Source: Eledone cirrhosa | Taxonomy: Eukaryota | Length of the DNA: 64,000 bases | Assembly (NCBI GenBank): GCA_964016885.1 | Contig: OZ024741.1 | Span: 264,616,001 to 264,680,000 of the forward strand | Reading direction: 5' to 3' | Part shown: in pieces, positions 24,960-38,169 of the stretch | Numbering within the stretch: the first letter of the stretch is position 1 | Layout of the letters: the number at the start of each line of letters is the position of its first letter | Made by a program: the position numbers and the translations under genes | Notes under the pieces: generated by a model | Databases searched by the model: none | Told to the model about the DNA's origin: nothing | The model's input: only the letters and a program-made list of their open reading frames with translations

Positions 24960-25571
24960 ACATGGTGGCTGCCAACTGGTTTTTTAGTACGGCCACTACT
25001 TTATATCCATGTAGGAGAACCCCTACCGATGCGCCGAACGAGTGTGACCTTTTAGTCCAGCCAGCGACTTGAAAACTCTGGTACAAACACTACACTTGTG
25101 ACAATTATTGACACATAGTGCTGGGCCCATGGTACCCTGTGACGACAAGTGCAGAGAGATCTCCAGATATAAAACAATGCCAGTGCCGTGAAGCTTTTAT
25201 AGTGAGCAAAGGCACTGCGCAAAGCCAGTCCCACTCTCTTAACCAAGATGATATTTACCAAAAAGAAGAACAAGTCAACATCATTGGATACCATCAGGGT
25301 TGCAGGTGTTATATCAGAGTATTCCTTCTCCTAGAATTCTGCCTTGACTAAGGCTAAGGGGTCATCTCTCCCGGTGATTTTGGATGGCCATTGCCTCTTA
25401 AGAGCTCGTTTGCCCTTTGACAGGTTTTGTTTTTAGTCCCGCAGGATGTCCAAAGTCACCCTCCTCACCAAGAAACTTTGGTGGGGTTGCCAGTTTAGTC
25501 ACCAACGACCCGACCATGAGACATGTTGTACTGGGATACATGTTACCAGTAGCACCAACTGGTGACCTGAC
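24960..25571 (-). mobile_element. Most complete copy (about 610 bp) of a bipartite non-autonomous RTE-derived element
   Basis: RTE 5'UTR-like motifs (CTAGGAGAAGGAATACTCTGATATAACACCTGC; GGCAACCCC) joined to an RTE-type 3' tail GGCAGCCACCAT(GTAT)n; no RT-coding ORF. Confidence 0.75.
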
Positions 25572-26290
25572 ATAGATACATACATACATACATACATACA
25601 TAGATACATACATACATACATACATACATACATACATACATACATGCATACATAGATACATACATACATACATACATAGATACATACATAGATACATACA
25701 TAGATACATACATAGACATACATACATACATACATACATACATACATACATACATACATACATACATACATACATACATACATACACACATAGACAGGCA
25801 GACAGACATTTGGGTGGAGGGAAAGTAGATTACATTGATCTCAGTGCGTTACTGGTATTTTATTTTATCGACCCCGTAAGTATGAAAAGAAAAACTGATA
25901 ATTCTTCTTCTTCTTCTTCTTCTTCTTCTTCTTCTTCTTCTTCTTCTTCTTCTTCTTCTTCTTCTGTCTTCTTTTTCTTTTTCTTCTTTTTCTTCTTCTT
26001 CCATTGCTATTTTATGATGATGTACTTAAGGTATTACATTAATAGTAATACGAAGTTTGTTTTATTATTCGAGACGTCCGAGACCTGAACGTGAATGAGA
26101 ATAATACCATCTTTATTCTTACTTCCTGTTAATCAGTAAAGGATATTGGCAACTTCCGGTATCAATCAACTTTAATACGAAAAACACTAACGATGTGTCT
26201 GCTATTATGAATATATTTATTTTTGGAATTTTTGTTGATCTTAAATCAAATACATGTGCATACATGCCCGGGTGTAGTTTGTGTATAGAG

Positions 26291-26392
<102 letters not shown>

Positions 26393-26550
26393 TGTGTAAA
26401 TATATATATTTTTTTTAGTTTCAAAAGATCCCGTTAAGGGTGAAAGCAGCGATTCTTTGCTTAAACTTTAATCTGTTATTTTAATAAATATTTGTTCTAG
26501 GGTTCTTATATGTTTGATATATATTTATTATTATTACTATATTATATATA

Positions 26551-26733
26551 GGTGGATTGGCAGTATCAGTGGAGGGTCGGACGCCATGCTTTCCAGCATA
26601 GTTACGTCCCTTCACGATCTGAGTTCAAATCCCGCCGAGGTTGACTTTGCCTTTCATCCTTACGGGGTCGATAAAATAAAGTACCAGTAATGCACTGGGT
26701 AATTGCTGGCCTTGTGCCTAAAGTAGAGACAAT
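26551..26733 (+). mobile_element. MetaSINE-like SINE
   Basis: Consensus match. Confidence 0.88.
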
Positions 26734-26834
26734 TACTATATTATATATATATATATAAAACGAAATTTCACTGTATATATATATATATATATATATATAA
26801 AACGAAATTTCACTGTATATATATATATTCTATT

Positions 26835-28185
26835 CTAGGGCGGGTAAAATTCCCGAGATCCATGGACGAGTTCTCTCCAGCAGTCTCTGTCCCTCATTAT
26901 CGCTGCCATGTCCTGCGTCTCCAACAGACCAGTGTCTGTCCTTAGGGCATCAACATAAGTTAACCTTGGTCTTCCTCTTCCAGTGTGTCCATGTAAGGGA
27001 TCCCACAGGAGCACTGAGTGCAGTGTCAACTCTGGATGTTGGTGAGCATGTCCAGCTAACCTCAGTCTCCTCTGTGTCACTTTTGAGCTGACTTTTAGGA
27101 GGCTCGCATACAGCTCTGAGTTTTTCATCCTCAGTGTATACTGATAAATGTTCAGAGCCATCCTCAGCATTATCGTGTAGCACCCATCCACCATCTGAGT
27201 GAGTTTCTTGGTCAGTGTCCAAGTCTCAGACCTGTACAGCAGCACAGACTCCACTACAGCAATGAAGAGTCGGATTTTCAGGTCTTTACGAAGGTCCGAC
27301 TTCCACACCGATCTCAAGTTGTGGCACGCCGCCTAGGCTTTGCTCTTCCTCTCAACCACATCATCTTCCGTATTCCCAATCTTTGCTCCCAAATACAGGA
27401 AGTCCTCAACCAATTCCAGCGGCTTCCCGCCTACATTAGTGATCCCATCTGGCTTCTCAACATTCTCTACCAGATATTTTGTTTTAGTCTCATTCATTCT
27501 CAGCCCCACACTCATCGACACAGTTTCAACATCCTGCATCAAATCCTTTGCCTCCTTCACTGTATTTTTCACCAAAACTATGTCGTCGGCAAATTCAGCA
27601 TCCGATATCTTTTTCGCCTTAACTCTCCTGCTCTGAGCCGGTGCTACAGTAAAGCCAGAGTCCTGGTGCTTCTCCGGTGCAAGGCGCATAGAATAGTCCA
27701 CTACGATGATAAAAAGGTAGGGAGCCAATGTATCTCCCTGGAGTACTCCAGCCAGTATTCCAAAGAACTCTGTCATCCCATCAGGTGTAATGACTGGGGT
27801 TCTGTAACCAGGCACTGGAGAAAGGAGTTGCCCCGAATCAGTGGAGGATCAGTAACATCGTCCCAGTGCCAAAGAAGGGAGATCTCTCTAACACCAACAA
27901 CTACAGGGGGATCTCACTGACATCACTTGTGGCAAAGACCCTCAACAGGATGATTCTTAATAGGAAGAGAGGAAAGATGAACCACCAGTCACACCCTGAT
28001 ACTGAGGAGGATATTAGAGGGAGCTAGAGCAAAGTGCCTTCCTGCAGTCATGGTTTTCATTAACTTTAGGAAGGCCTTTGATTCTGTGGACCGTCACTGC
28101 CTGATGAAGATCTTAGAGGCTTATGGAATCCCCAAGAAGATAGTGGACCTGATATCACTGCTGTACACCAACACCAAAGCCCAAG

Positions 28186-28187
<2 letters not shown>
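26835..28187 (-). mobile_element. RTE-group LINE, 5'-truncated with an inverted 5' segment (body 26835-27800 minus; inverted part about 27806-28187 plus)
   Basis: GVLQGDTLAP, AEFADD, FLYLG, RLRLAGH on the minus strand; VPKKGDLS..NYRGISL and FRKAFDSV on the plus strand; TA-rich flanks. Confidence 0.9.
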
Positions 28188-28254
<67 letters not shown>

Positions 28255-28411
28255 CAAGATGTATGGTAGGTCGTATGTGAATCGCGATGATCACGTCTGA
28301 CCTACCTACCAAATATGTGACGGTAGCTAGTTAAGCTCTATGCGTATAAGCAGAGCAGAAATATTAATGAAAAAGAACAAAGCAACTATTATGACATTAT
28401 AACAAGTTTAT

Positions 28412-28458
28412 TGCCGACAGCCGTTTCGTCCGACCATATGGTGGGACTTTTCAAGGCA
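28412..28458 (-). ncRNA. Type-I hammerhead ribozyme (U3-A8 variant)
   Basis: TGCC-TTGAAAA-GTCC-caccatatggtc-GGAC-GAAA-CGGCTG-TC-GGCA. Confidence 0.8.
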
Positions 28459-28588
28459 TATAACATGTGATTGTAAGTTCATTATTTACATCAACGTATC
28501 ACTTAAGACTAGCAGTTTGAAATTGTGGTATACATCAGTCTTAAGTGATACGTTGATGTAAATAATGAACTTACAATCACATGTTATA

Positions 28589-28635
28589 TGCCTTGAAAAG
28601 TCCCAATATATGGTCGGACGAAACGGCTGTCGGCA
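28589..28635 (+). ncRNA. Type-I hammerhead ribozyme (U3-A8 variant)
   Basis: TGCC-TTGAAAA-GTCC-caatatatggtc-GGAC-GAAA-CGGCTG-TC-GGCA. Confidence 0.8.
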
Positions 28636-28679
28636 ATAAACTTGTTATAATGTCATAATAGTTCCTTTGTTCTTTTTCA

Positions 28680-28759
<80 letters not shown>

Positions 28760-28761
28760 GA

Positions 28762-29913
<1,152 letters not shown>

Positions 29914-29938
29914 ATAGATATATATATATATACATACA

Positions 29939-30110
29939 TACGAGGATCGGCTAAAAATGTCATACGCTGATCAAGATACCTCCAGATGAGGTTTATTTTT
30001 TCAATACAGTCACTGGAAAGAAACAATGTAGTTATTAATAAGGAGAGTTGAAATTAATACATACAAGATTTCACAGCTCTAGCATCACTTTTTCATAGTC
30101 AGCCTATGTA
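29939..30110. mobile_element. Degenerate mariner-like MITE (related left-end fragment at 31919-32005)
   Basis: Starts TACGAGG; right part is the reverse complement of 31945-32003 (GACTATGAA..GTGATG.TAGAGCTGTGAAATCTTG). Confidence 0.5.
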
Positions 30111-30295
30111 ATCAGTGCTGAACCTACATAAAACCTACGATAAATATTAACAATAAAGATAGAATCCTGGAGTTACCTTTATAATACAAGTTCGATCTGA
30201 TCCAACCATTGTTTCTTGGTGAGTGTCATTAAATTTGGAAATAGGTGACGATCAGATTATCACGTGATACATCCAGAACAGAATTATTATTATTT

Positions 30296-30908
30296 GGTTG
30301 GGCAGTATCGGTAGAGCGTCAGACGCCATGCTTTGCATCATAGTTATGGCCCTTTACGTTCTGAGTTCAAATCCCACCGAGGTTAACTTTGCCTTTCATC
30401 CTTACAAGGTCGATAAAATAAAGTACCAGTAATGCACTGGAGCCGATTTAATCGACTTTCCCCTCCCCCAAAATTGCTGGCCTTGTGTCTATATAAGAAA
30501 CCATTATTTTAAGGGCGGTGGATTGTCAGTATTGGTAGAGCGTCGGACACTATGCTTTGCAGCATAGAGATATGGCCCTTTGCGTTCTGAGTTCAAATAC
30601 TGCCGAGGTTAGCTTTGCCTTTCATCCTTACGGGGTCGATGAAATAAAGTACCAGTAATGCACTTGGGTCGATTTAATCGACTTTCCCCGCCACCCAAAT
30701 TGCTGGCCTTGTGCCTAAAGTAGAAACTAAAATAAAGTACCAGTAATGCACTGGGATAATTGCTGGCCTTGTGCCTAAAGTAGAAACTAAAATAAAGTAC
30801 CAGTAATGCACTGGGAATAATTGCTGGCCTTGTGCCTAAAGTAGAAACTAAAATAAAGTACCAGTAATGCACTGGGGATAATTGCTGGCCTTGTGCCAAA
30901 AGTAGAAA
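30296..30908 (+). mobile_element. Two tandem MetaSINE-like SINEs, the second with three extra tandem copies of the roughly 60-bp 3' end
   Basis: Repeated TAAAATAAAGTACCAGTAATGCACTGGG.ATAATTGCTGGCCTTGTGCCTAAAGTAGAAAC. Confidence 0.88.
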
Positions 30909-31440
30909 GAATTATTTTAAACTTCCTTTTCGTTTATTTAAAGTACTCTCGGGTCAAGAATAATCGTCTCCACCCCACCCCTCACTTATTACTTTTCAGA
31001 TATTTTCCCCCACCCCCATTCTTTTACGACCCTAGCCCCGCTTATTAAATTTTGCTAATCTATCTCCGGCGAAATTTTATTTTAAGTCATAACATTCCTG
31101 CGTCAATTAATTTTCTTTAAACATTAAAAAACATTATACATAACAAAAAAAGTACATTACTAGAAATCCCATACGTTATAAAATAAATAGGGTGGGTTGG
31201 GGTTTCAATATGTAAACTAAACAACTAATTCTGGGGTTTTTTTAATCAATGGAGACAACCTAGAAAAATACCCCATCTCTCCCCCATTTATCCCTAGCCC
31301 CCACTTACCTTTTCCAACCCTCAGTTATTTGGGATCCGAATTTAACAACTAAACATAAAGACAGACATATTTAATATAGAATATAGAAAAAATCACAATA
31401 TCATGAAAAACCATTGACATTTACGTATATAAATTGCTGA

Positions 31441-31660
31441 AGGGTGGTGGATTGGCGAGTAAAGGTAGAGTATCGGACAACATACTTTGCTGAATAGAGT
31501 TATGGCCCTTGACGTTCCGAGTTCAAATCTCGCCGAGGTTAGCTTTATCCTTTCGTCATTACGGGGTCGATAAAATAAGGCACCAGTAATAAACTGGGGT
31601 CGATTTAATTAACATTCCTCTCACCCTAAAATTGTTGACCTTGTGCCTAAATCAGGAACC
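31441..31660 (+). mobile_element. Diverged MetaSINE-like SINE
   Basis: Consensus match. Confidence 0.8.
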
Positions 31661-32021
31661 CTTATAAATATATTATTAGGCAGGATCTAATAAAAACAAA
31701 TCCCACTATTAAAGGAAACAGAAAGGAAGTAAAAAAAGGAGAAAGTTAAAAGAAAAAAAGAAAACAAAAAGGGCTCAAGCAGCGAAAGAAAGGGAGCGGT
31801 GGAGGGACAAGACACTACACTCCAGTCTGGGCGGTGCCTCAGCCACGCCCCACCAACAAAATGGCACAGAATTATTATAAAGAAAATCAGTTTCATTTAA
31901 TGAACTCTCAACAAATATATACGAGGGTCAGATGAAAGATTCATAACCTGACTATGAAGGAGTGATGTTAGAGCTGTGAAATCTTGCATGCATTTATTTC
32001 AACTGTTTATATATATATATA

Positions 32022-32185
32022 TATTAAATTTTTCGAGAGATTCCTGACTGGGATTGAATCCCAGACCAGCCCCTCTACTGTCTCAACACCTACCACTACA
32101 GCCGGCCGTAGTGGTAGGTGTTGAGACAGTAGAGGGGCTGGTCTGGGGTTCAATCTCAGTCAGGAATCTCTCGAAAAATTTAATA
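32022..32185. repeat. 164-bp palindrome of two divergent tRNA-like heads
   Basis: GGCCGTAGTGGTAGGTGTTGAGACAGTAGAGGGGCTGGTCTGGGGTTCAATCTCAGTCAGG and its mirror; homologous to the unit at 19520-19580. Confidence 0.85.
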
Positions 32186-32212
32186 ATATATATATAGAGA
32201 GAGAGGGGGGGG

Positions 32213-32334
32213 TAAGATACCAGGTGGACCATAACGCACCAGAGTACTCAATACTTAGGGCAGTAGAGTGGGTAATAGTTCGGATCTAGCTGTCAAAACG
32301 GCCGGAGCTCAGCCGTGAGGGTCCTGACTCTTTT

Positions 32335-32338
<4 letters not shown>
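32213..32338 (+). mobile_element. Diverged copy of the fold-back family without the full hairpin
   Basis: Same leader as 484-534; retains AAAA-CGGC-loop-GCCG-TG. Confidence 0.65.
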
Positions 32339-32386
<48 letters not shown>

Positions 32387-32408
32387 TATATAGATATAGA
32401 TATATATT

Positions 32409-32661
32409 TCGTTTCTGAATTTGTTTAGCAAGATTCTTTATCTGAAATCGTGTGTTGAAACCGATATTGTTATACTTTGGGAGGGTCATGTTGCCAATAA
32501 GAAACACACGCACCAGTTGCTTTCACTTCAATTTATTATATATTTATAAATTTATAAATTTACAAATTTACAAACTTATAAATTTCTGGTTGGTTGGTTC
32601 CACAACCAGATAGTTGTTTATATATAGTCATAGTCCTTTCGTCACACATTTAACATCTCAG
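32409..32661 (-). mobile_element. Terminal module of about 150 bp plus the 3' half of a hammerhead (TGTGAC-GAAA-GGAC-TA-TGAC)
   Basis: Reverse-complement homology to 49531-49760. Confidence 0.75.
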
Positions 32662-32680
32662 GGTATGTCATGTATCATTA

Positions 32681-32735
32681 TATTTTGTCTGATGAGGACG
32701 TACTGTTGTACATCCGAAATATATATAATGGAATG
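32681..32735 (+). ncRNA. Type-I hammerhead ribozyme with an intact core (relative of 21259-21323)
   Basis: TATTTTGT-CTGATGA-GGACGTAC-tgtt-GTACATCC-GAAA-TATATA-TA-ATGGAATG; stem I is rich in GU pairs. Confidence 0.7.
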
Positions 32736-32827
32736 TAGTTGATCAAAAGAACATCTATTTTATTAATACTTATATTTTAATATATAAATGGAAAAAATGA
32801 AATTTCATTTCTCACTCTTAGTACTGC

Positions 32828-32889
<62 letters not shown>

Positions 32890-33035
32890 GAGAGAGGGAG
32901 AGGGGAGAGAGAGGGGGCGACATCTGGTAGATGCCAGACATCTGCTTGGCATATGGTTATTTGGTGTTGGGTGGCTCTGTAGTGTATACCATGTAGATAA
33001 AATTGTAACCATATGGCGGGAATCTTGGTAATGAT

Positions 33036-34562
33036 ACTGGTGGTGGTGGTGGTGGTAGTGATGGTGGTAGTGGTGGTAGTAGTGATGGTGGTAGTGGTGG
33101 TAGTGGTGGTGGTGGTAGTATTGGTGGTGGTGGTGGTGGTGGTGGTGGTGGTGGTAGTGGTGGTGGCAGTGGTGGTGGTAGTGGTGGTGGTAGTATTGGT
33201 GGTGGTGGTGATAGTGGTGGTGGTGGTGGTGGTGGTGGTAGTGATGGTGGTGGTGGTGGTGGTGGTGGTGGTGGTGGTGGTGGTGGTAGTGGTGGTGGTA
33301 GTGGTGGTGGTAGTGGTGGTGGTAGTGGTGGTGGTAGTGATGGCGGTAGTGGTGGTGGTGGTATTGGTGGTGGTGGTCGTCGTCGTCGTCGTGGTAGTGA
33401 TGGTGGTAGTGGTAGTGGTGGTGGTAGTGGTGGTGGTAATAGAGGTGGTAGTGATGATGGGAGTGGTGGTAGTAGTGATGGTGGTAATGGTGGTGGTAGT
33501 GGTGGTGGTAGTGGTGGTGGTAGTGATGGTGTAGTGGTGGTGGTAGTGATGGTGGTGGTGGTGGTGGTGGTGGTGGTGGTGGTGGTGGTGGTGGTAGTGG
33601 TGGTGGTAGTGATGGTGGTAGTGGTGGTGGTAGTGGTGGTGGTAGTGGTGGTGGTGGTGGTGGTAGTATTGGTGGTGGTGGTGGTGGTGGTGGTGGTAGT
33701 GGTGGTGGTAGTGGTGGTGGTAGTGGTGGTGGTAGTGATGGTGGTAGTGGTGGTGGTGGTATTGGTGGTGGTGGTGGTGGTCGTCGTCGTGGTAGTGATG
33801 GTGGTAGTGGTAGTGGTGGTGGTAGTGATGGTGGTAGTGGTAGTGGTGGTGGTAGTGGTGGTGGTAATGGTGGTGGTAGTGGTGGTGGTAGTGGTGGTAG
33901 TGGTGGTGGTAGTGGTGGTGGTAGTGATGGTGGTAGTGGTGGTGGTAGTGGTGGTGGTAGTGGTGGTGTAGTGGTGGTGGTAGTGATGGTGGTAGTGGTG
34001 GTGGTAGTGATGATGGTAATGGTGGTGGTAGTGGTGGTGGTAGTGATGGTGGTAGTGGTGGTGGTAGTGGTGGTGGTAGTGGTGGTGGTAGGGATGACGG
34101 AAGCTGTGCTGGTAGTGGTGGTGGTACTAGTGATGGTAGTTGTATTGGTAGTGGTGGCGGAAGCTGTGGTGGTAGAGATGGTAGTTATGGAGTTGGTGAT
34201 GATTGTGGTCGTGTTGGCTGTGGTAGTGGTGGTGGATGTGGCGGTGGTAGTTGTTGTTGTAATGGTAGTAGTAGTAATGGTGGTGGTAGTAGTGGTGGTG
34301 GTGGTGGTAATGGTGGAGTGGTAGTGGTGTTGATGGTAGTGCTGTTAGTGATAGTAGTGTGATGGAGGTGGTGGTAGTGGCAGTGGTGGAGTGGTAGTGC
34401 TGTTAGTGATAGTAGTGATGTGGCAGTGGTGTGGTGGTAGTGTTGGTAGTGGTGATGGTAGTGGTGCCAGTGGTAGCTGTGGTAGTAGTTGTAGTATTCG
34501 TAGCGGTGGCAATGTTGGTGTTGGTGGTAATGGTAATGGTGGTAGTGGTGGTGGCGGTAGTG
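33036..34562. repeat. (GTG/GTA)n trinucleotide array of about 1.5 kb
   Basis: Direct observation. Confidence 0.95.
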
Positions 34563-35169
34563 TGATATTGATCAGGGATGTTACTGTAATAATCTTTACG
34601 TATTATTCGAGAATGCATCAGAGGTTAGCTGGTTTTTTTGGGGTTTTTTGTTTATCTCTATTATCTGGTGGAAGGTGGTGTGGTCGACGGTTGATTTGTG
34701 GCGGAGAGATGTTGCAGTGATGAAGATAATTGCATAAAAGAATGCAGCTGTGGTGGATGTGAAGGTTGGGGGTGGTTCATCAGTATCACCTTGTGATCTG
34801 ACGTTTACATTCCGTTAACTGAAGAACTTTCAATTGGAGTTAACTCCAAAATAGTAATTGAGGATCACGTATTTCCTTAAATATAATTTAATGGTCCATA
34901 ATTATTTTTTAATATCCTCCCTCTGTCCTTAGTTGCTATTCTAATCTAAACAGAATACACTATACTATACTGCTTATTTTTCCACCATAAACTCTGCTTA
35001 CTCTGTTATAGACACTAGAAAACCAAGCAAACTGCCTTATATCTTCTAATATTCTTTCAATGTATCATTTTACTGGGCTTCAAGTTCCACTTGTACAGCT
35101 AGTAACCCTCCTGCTTCTAAGCTATAATTACCCCTCGGCTATATGGTGATTCGTAGATTGAAGTAAAAT

Positions 35170-35343
35170 TGCACAAGGCCAACACTTTTGGGGAGAGAAA
35201 AGTCGACTAAATCGACCCCTGTGTCTTACTTGTACTTTATTTTATCAACCCTGTCAGGATGAAAGGTAAAGGTAAACTTAGCGGGATTTGAACTCAGAAC
35301 GTATAGTGCTGTAACTATATGCCGCAAAGCATATTGAATAATA

Positions 35344-35387
<44 letters not shown>

Positions 35388-35574
35388 TGTTTCTACTTTT
35401 GGCACAAGGCCAGCAATTACCCAGTACATTACTGGTACTTTATTTGATCGACCCCGTAAGGATGAAAGGCAAAGTTAACCTCGGCGGGATTTGAAATCAG
35501 ATCGTAAAGGGACGTAACTCTTTGCGTCAAAGCATGGCGTCCGACCCTCTACTGATACTGCCAATCCACCGCCC
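35170..35574 (-). mobile_element. Two MetaSINE-like SINEs separated by (TAA)n
   Basis: Consensus match. Confidence 0.85.
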
Positions 35575-35614
<40 letters not shown>

Positions 35615-35616
<2 letters not shown>

Positions 35617-36020
35617 GGAACACAATAGACCTGACCTGGTGGTTGTGGACAAAGAAAAAAGATCGTGCCTGATTGTGGATGTAGCCTGCCCGTTCGACAC
35701 GAGAGTGCAAGAGAAGGAGAGGGAGAAAATTAACCGATACCAGGACCTAAAGTGGGAGGTGAAAAGGATTTGGAACTGCCATGAAGTCAAAGTGATCCCG
35801 ATTGTCATAGGCGCACTGGGGACTATCTCCAAAAGTTTCCAGGGATGGTTAAAGAAAATCGGCCCCTTCACGCTTTTTGGAACGCTTCAAAAGGCATGCT
35901 TGCTTGGAACAGCAAGAACCCTCCGATACGTCCTGAATATCTGAGGCTGCAGGTAGTGGCTTGATATTCAATCCAACGGACTTTCCAGTTAACCAACATC
36001 AATGACTGAGATTCAAGGAA
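35615..36020 (+). mobile_element. Dong/R4-type 3' fragment (RLE) inserted in (TAA)n; degenerate second copy at about 36350-36575
   Basis: HNRPDLVVVDK..IVDVACPFD..EKINRYQDL..PIVIGALG..LQKACLLGTARTLR. Confidence 0.88.
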
Positions 36021-38169
36021 TAACAACAATAATAATAATAATAATAATAATGCTTTCTTTATTAACTACAAGGGTTTACATAAAGTAGACATTAAGGACA
36101 GTACAGGACAATACAGGACGGTGCAAATGGGCATTTCTGCGTGTAAAAAAAAACAAAAAAACACCAGGGCAAGTGTCCTCTCCCAGTTTTCCACCTTCAG
36201 GTTTCTGATTTAGGCACAAAGCTAGCAATTTTGGAGGAGGGGAAAGTAAATTAAATCGACCCCAGTGTGTGACGTATTTATTTTATCGACATTGTAAGGA
36301 TGGAAGGCAACTTAGAATGTAAAGGGATGTAAGTATATGCCGCAAAGAACTGAAATTAAGATCTTCTCCACCGTTATAGGAGGACTAGGCACTATCTCGA
36401 AGAGCTTCCAAGACTGTTTAAAGAACCACTTTTTTAAAACACGTCAGAAGAGATGCCTACTGGGAACAGCAAGGACCCTCCAATATGTCCTGGATATCTG
36501 AGGCTGCAGGTTGCGGCTTGATGTTCATTAGAGCAAATTTTCAGGTTAATAACAACAATGACTGAGATATCAAATTAATAATAATAAGGATGATGATGAT
36601 AATAAATACATAAAATAAAACAAAATCAACATTATTGTTTAAAATTTGGGAAAGTGAGTAATTGTCTCGTATCTCAGCCACTCGTCTCTTTAATGCTTCA
36701 TAACTTTCTCTGAATTTGCCGAACCCTTATGAAACAATTTGAGAACTGACTAGACTATGATTCACGCATGAATATAGTAGGACATGATTCATACAGATAA
36801 GTGGTGATCGTGTAGAAGTCAGTTTTTTTTGCGGGGAGGGGGGGGGGGGGATTAATAAAGATTTTATGTACTGATTAAATGGTGACACAATTTAAAATAT
36901 GCTTTAAAAATCGATATTTAAAGAACGATCCATTAGTAGCCGTTGATCATCAGAGACATAGTGTAATATGCCGGTCGGTCAACATCCGTGATGAAACAGA
37001 TGAGTAAAGATTTATAGAAAATGGTGACTGATTTCATTCTATCTTCCTATTGGCAATCGATATAATCTGTTTGAAGTTGATGAATCAAGAATATAAAGTT
37101 GTGTAAGAGTCGCTAACTCGTATGTAGACTGGTGACTGGTGAATTTCTATTTTATTATTGATGATATAGTATAACCTAAAAGGTAAACAAGGTTGTGAGA
37201 GGATTATCACTGCTGCTCTGTTATATCTTGAAGTGTTGAAAGAAAGGAGGAAATAATCACTTGGTAATGAATTAATTTGGTATCTTACAATACCGCCTGA
37301 TCAACTCTTTAAACGAAGATATTTAATGATCTTGTTTGTTTTCAAATCAAATTGGACAATATTTTAAACTTCCATTAAACACTTTTAATCATTGACTGAA
37401 AATGTCCTGTTTACAGCTCATTAGATCAATCAAAACTATATTTGGCGATGTACAACCATTAATCAGGTTCAATACTCACTGCATTTTATATTTAATTACT
37501 TTAAAAGTTGGCCTAGTTTCTTTACCTTTCTTCACTAGAATTAGTCATTATAATAATGATTTCCAGCTCATCATTAAGCGTGTAATTTTAATTATTTAAA
37601 ATTCTTGAATGCTTTAGATAGAGTGGGTTAGCCTCCACTTTATAAACTTATAGTGCTAGTATATTGTTATTACATTTATTATTATTTGTTGTTCTCAATC
37701 TAAGAAAACTTAGCCACGACTTGTCGAAACATGCCGCTATTAATGTCTTTATCAATCCCTTACAAATCTCTAACAAATCTTTCAGGAAAATTACCTTCTA
37801 GCCCTTATTAGGGATTATTCTTTATAACAATGATTATCTTAGAATAATTATCCGTCATCTTATTCCATTAGGATAATTAGTATGGGTATGGCTGAATTAA
37901 TAAGGTGCTGGAGAAGTGAATAGCTGATTCCTCACCTTTCCCTCACCCTCTCACAACAGACGGCTCTATCAAAGTAAGCAATGGCATCATTGTTAGTTTG
38001 ATGAGTGATATATCATTGACTTCAGGAACCAAATTCAAGCTCCTCTCCATCTAGAAAAGATATATTGTCTCTGATCCACATTACAACTGAAGTACCAGAC
38101 ATAAACAACCATCGAAAGGGATCCTTTCACATTGATAATTACTTAGATTGACGGTAGAGCAAAGTAAAA

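Larger units (their letters stand above)
28361..28686. repeat. Long inverted repeat (arms about 150 bp, 26-bp spacer) with a hammerhead in each arm
   Basis: Arm 28361-28510 versus arm 28537-28686, near-perfect. Confidence 0.95.

Noticed and set aside
30943-31340. Possible MITE with TCGGGTC..AATAA / TTATTTGGGATCCGA ends
   Set aside because: The TIR match is too degenerate and there is no second copy in the window
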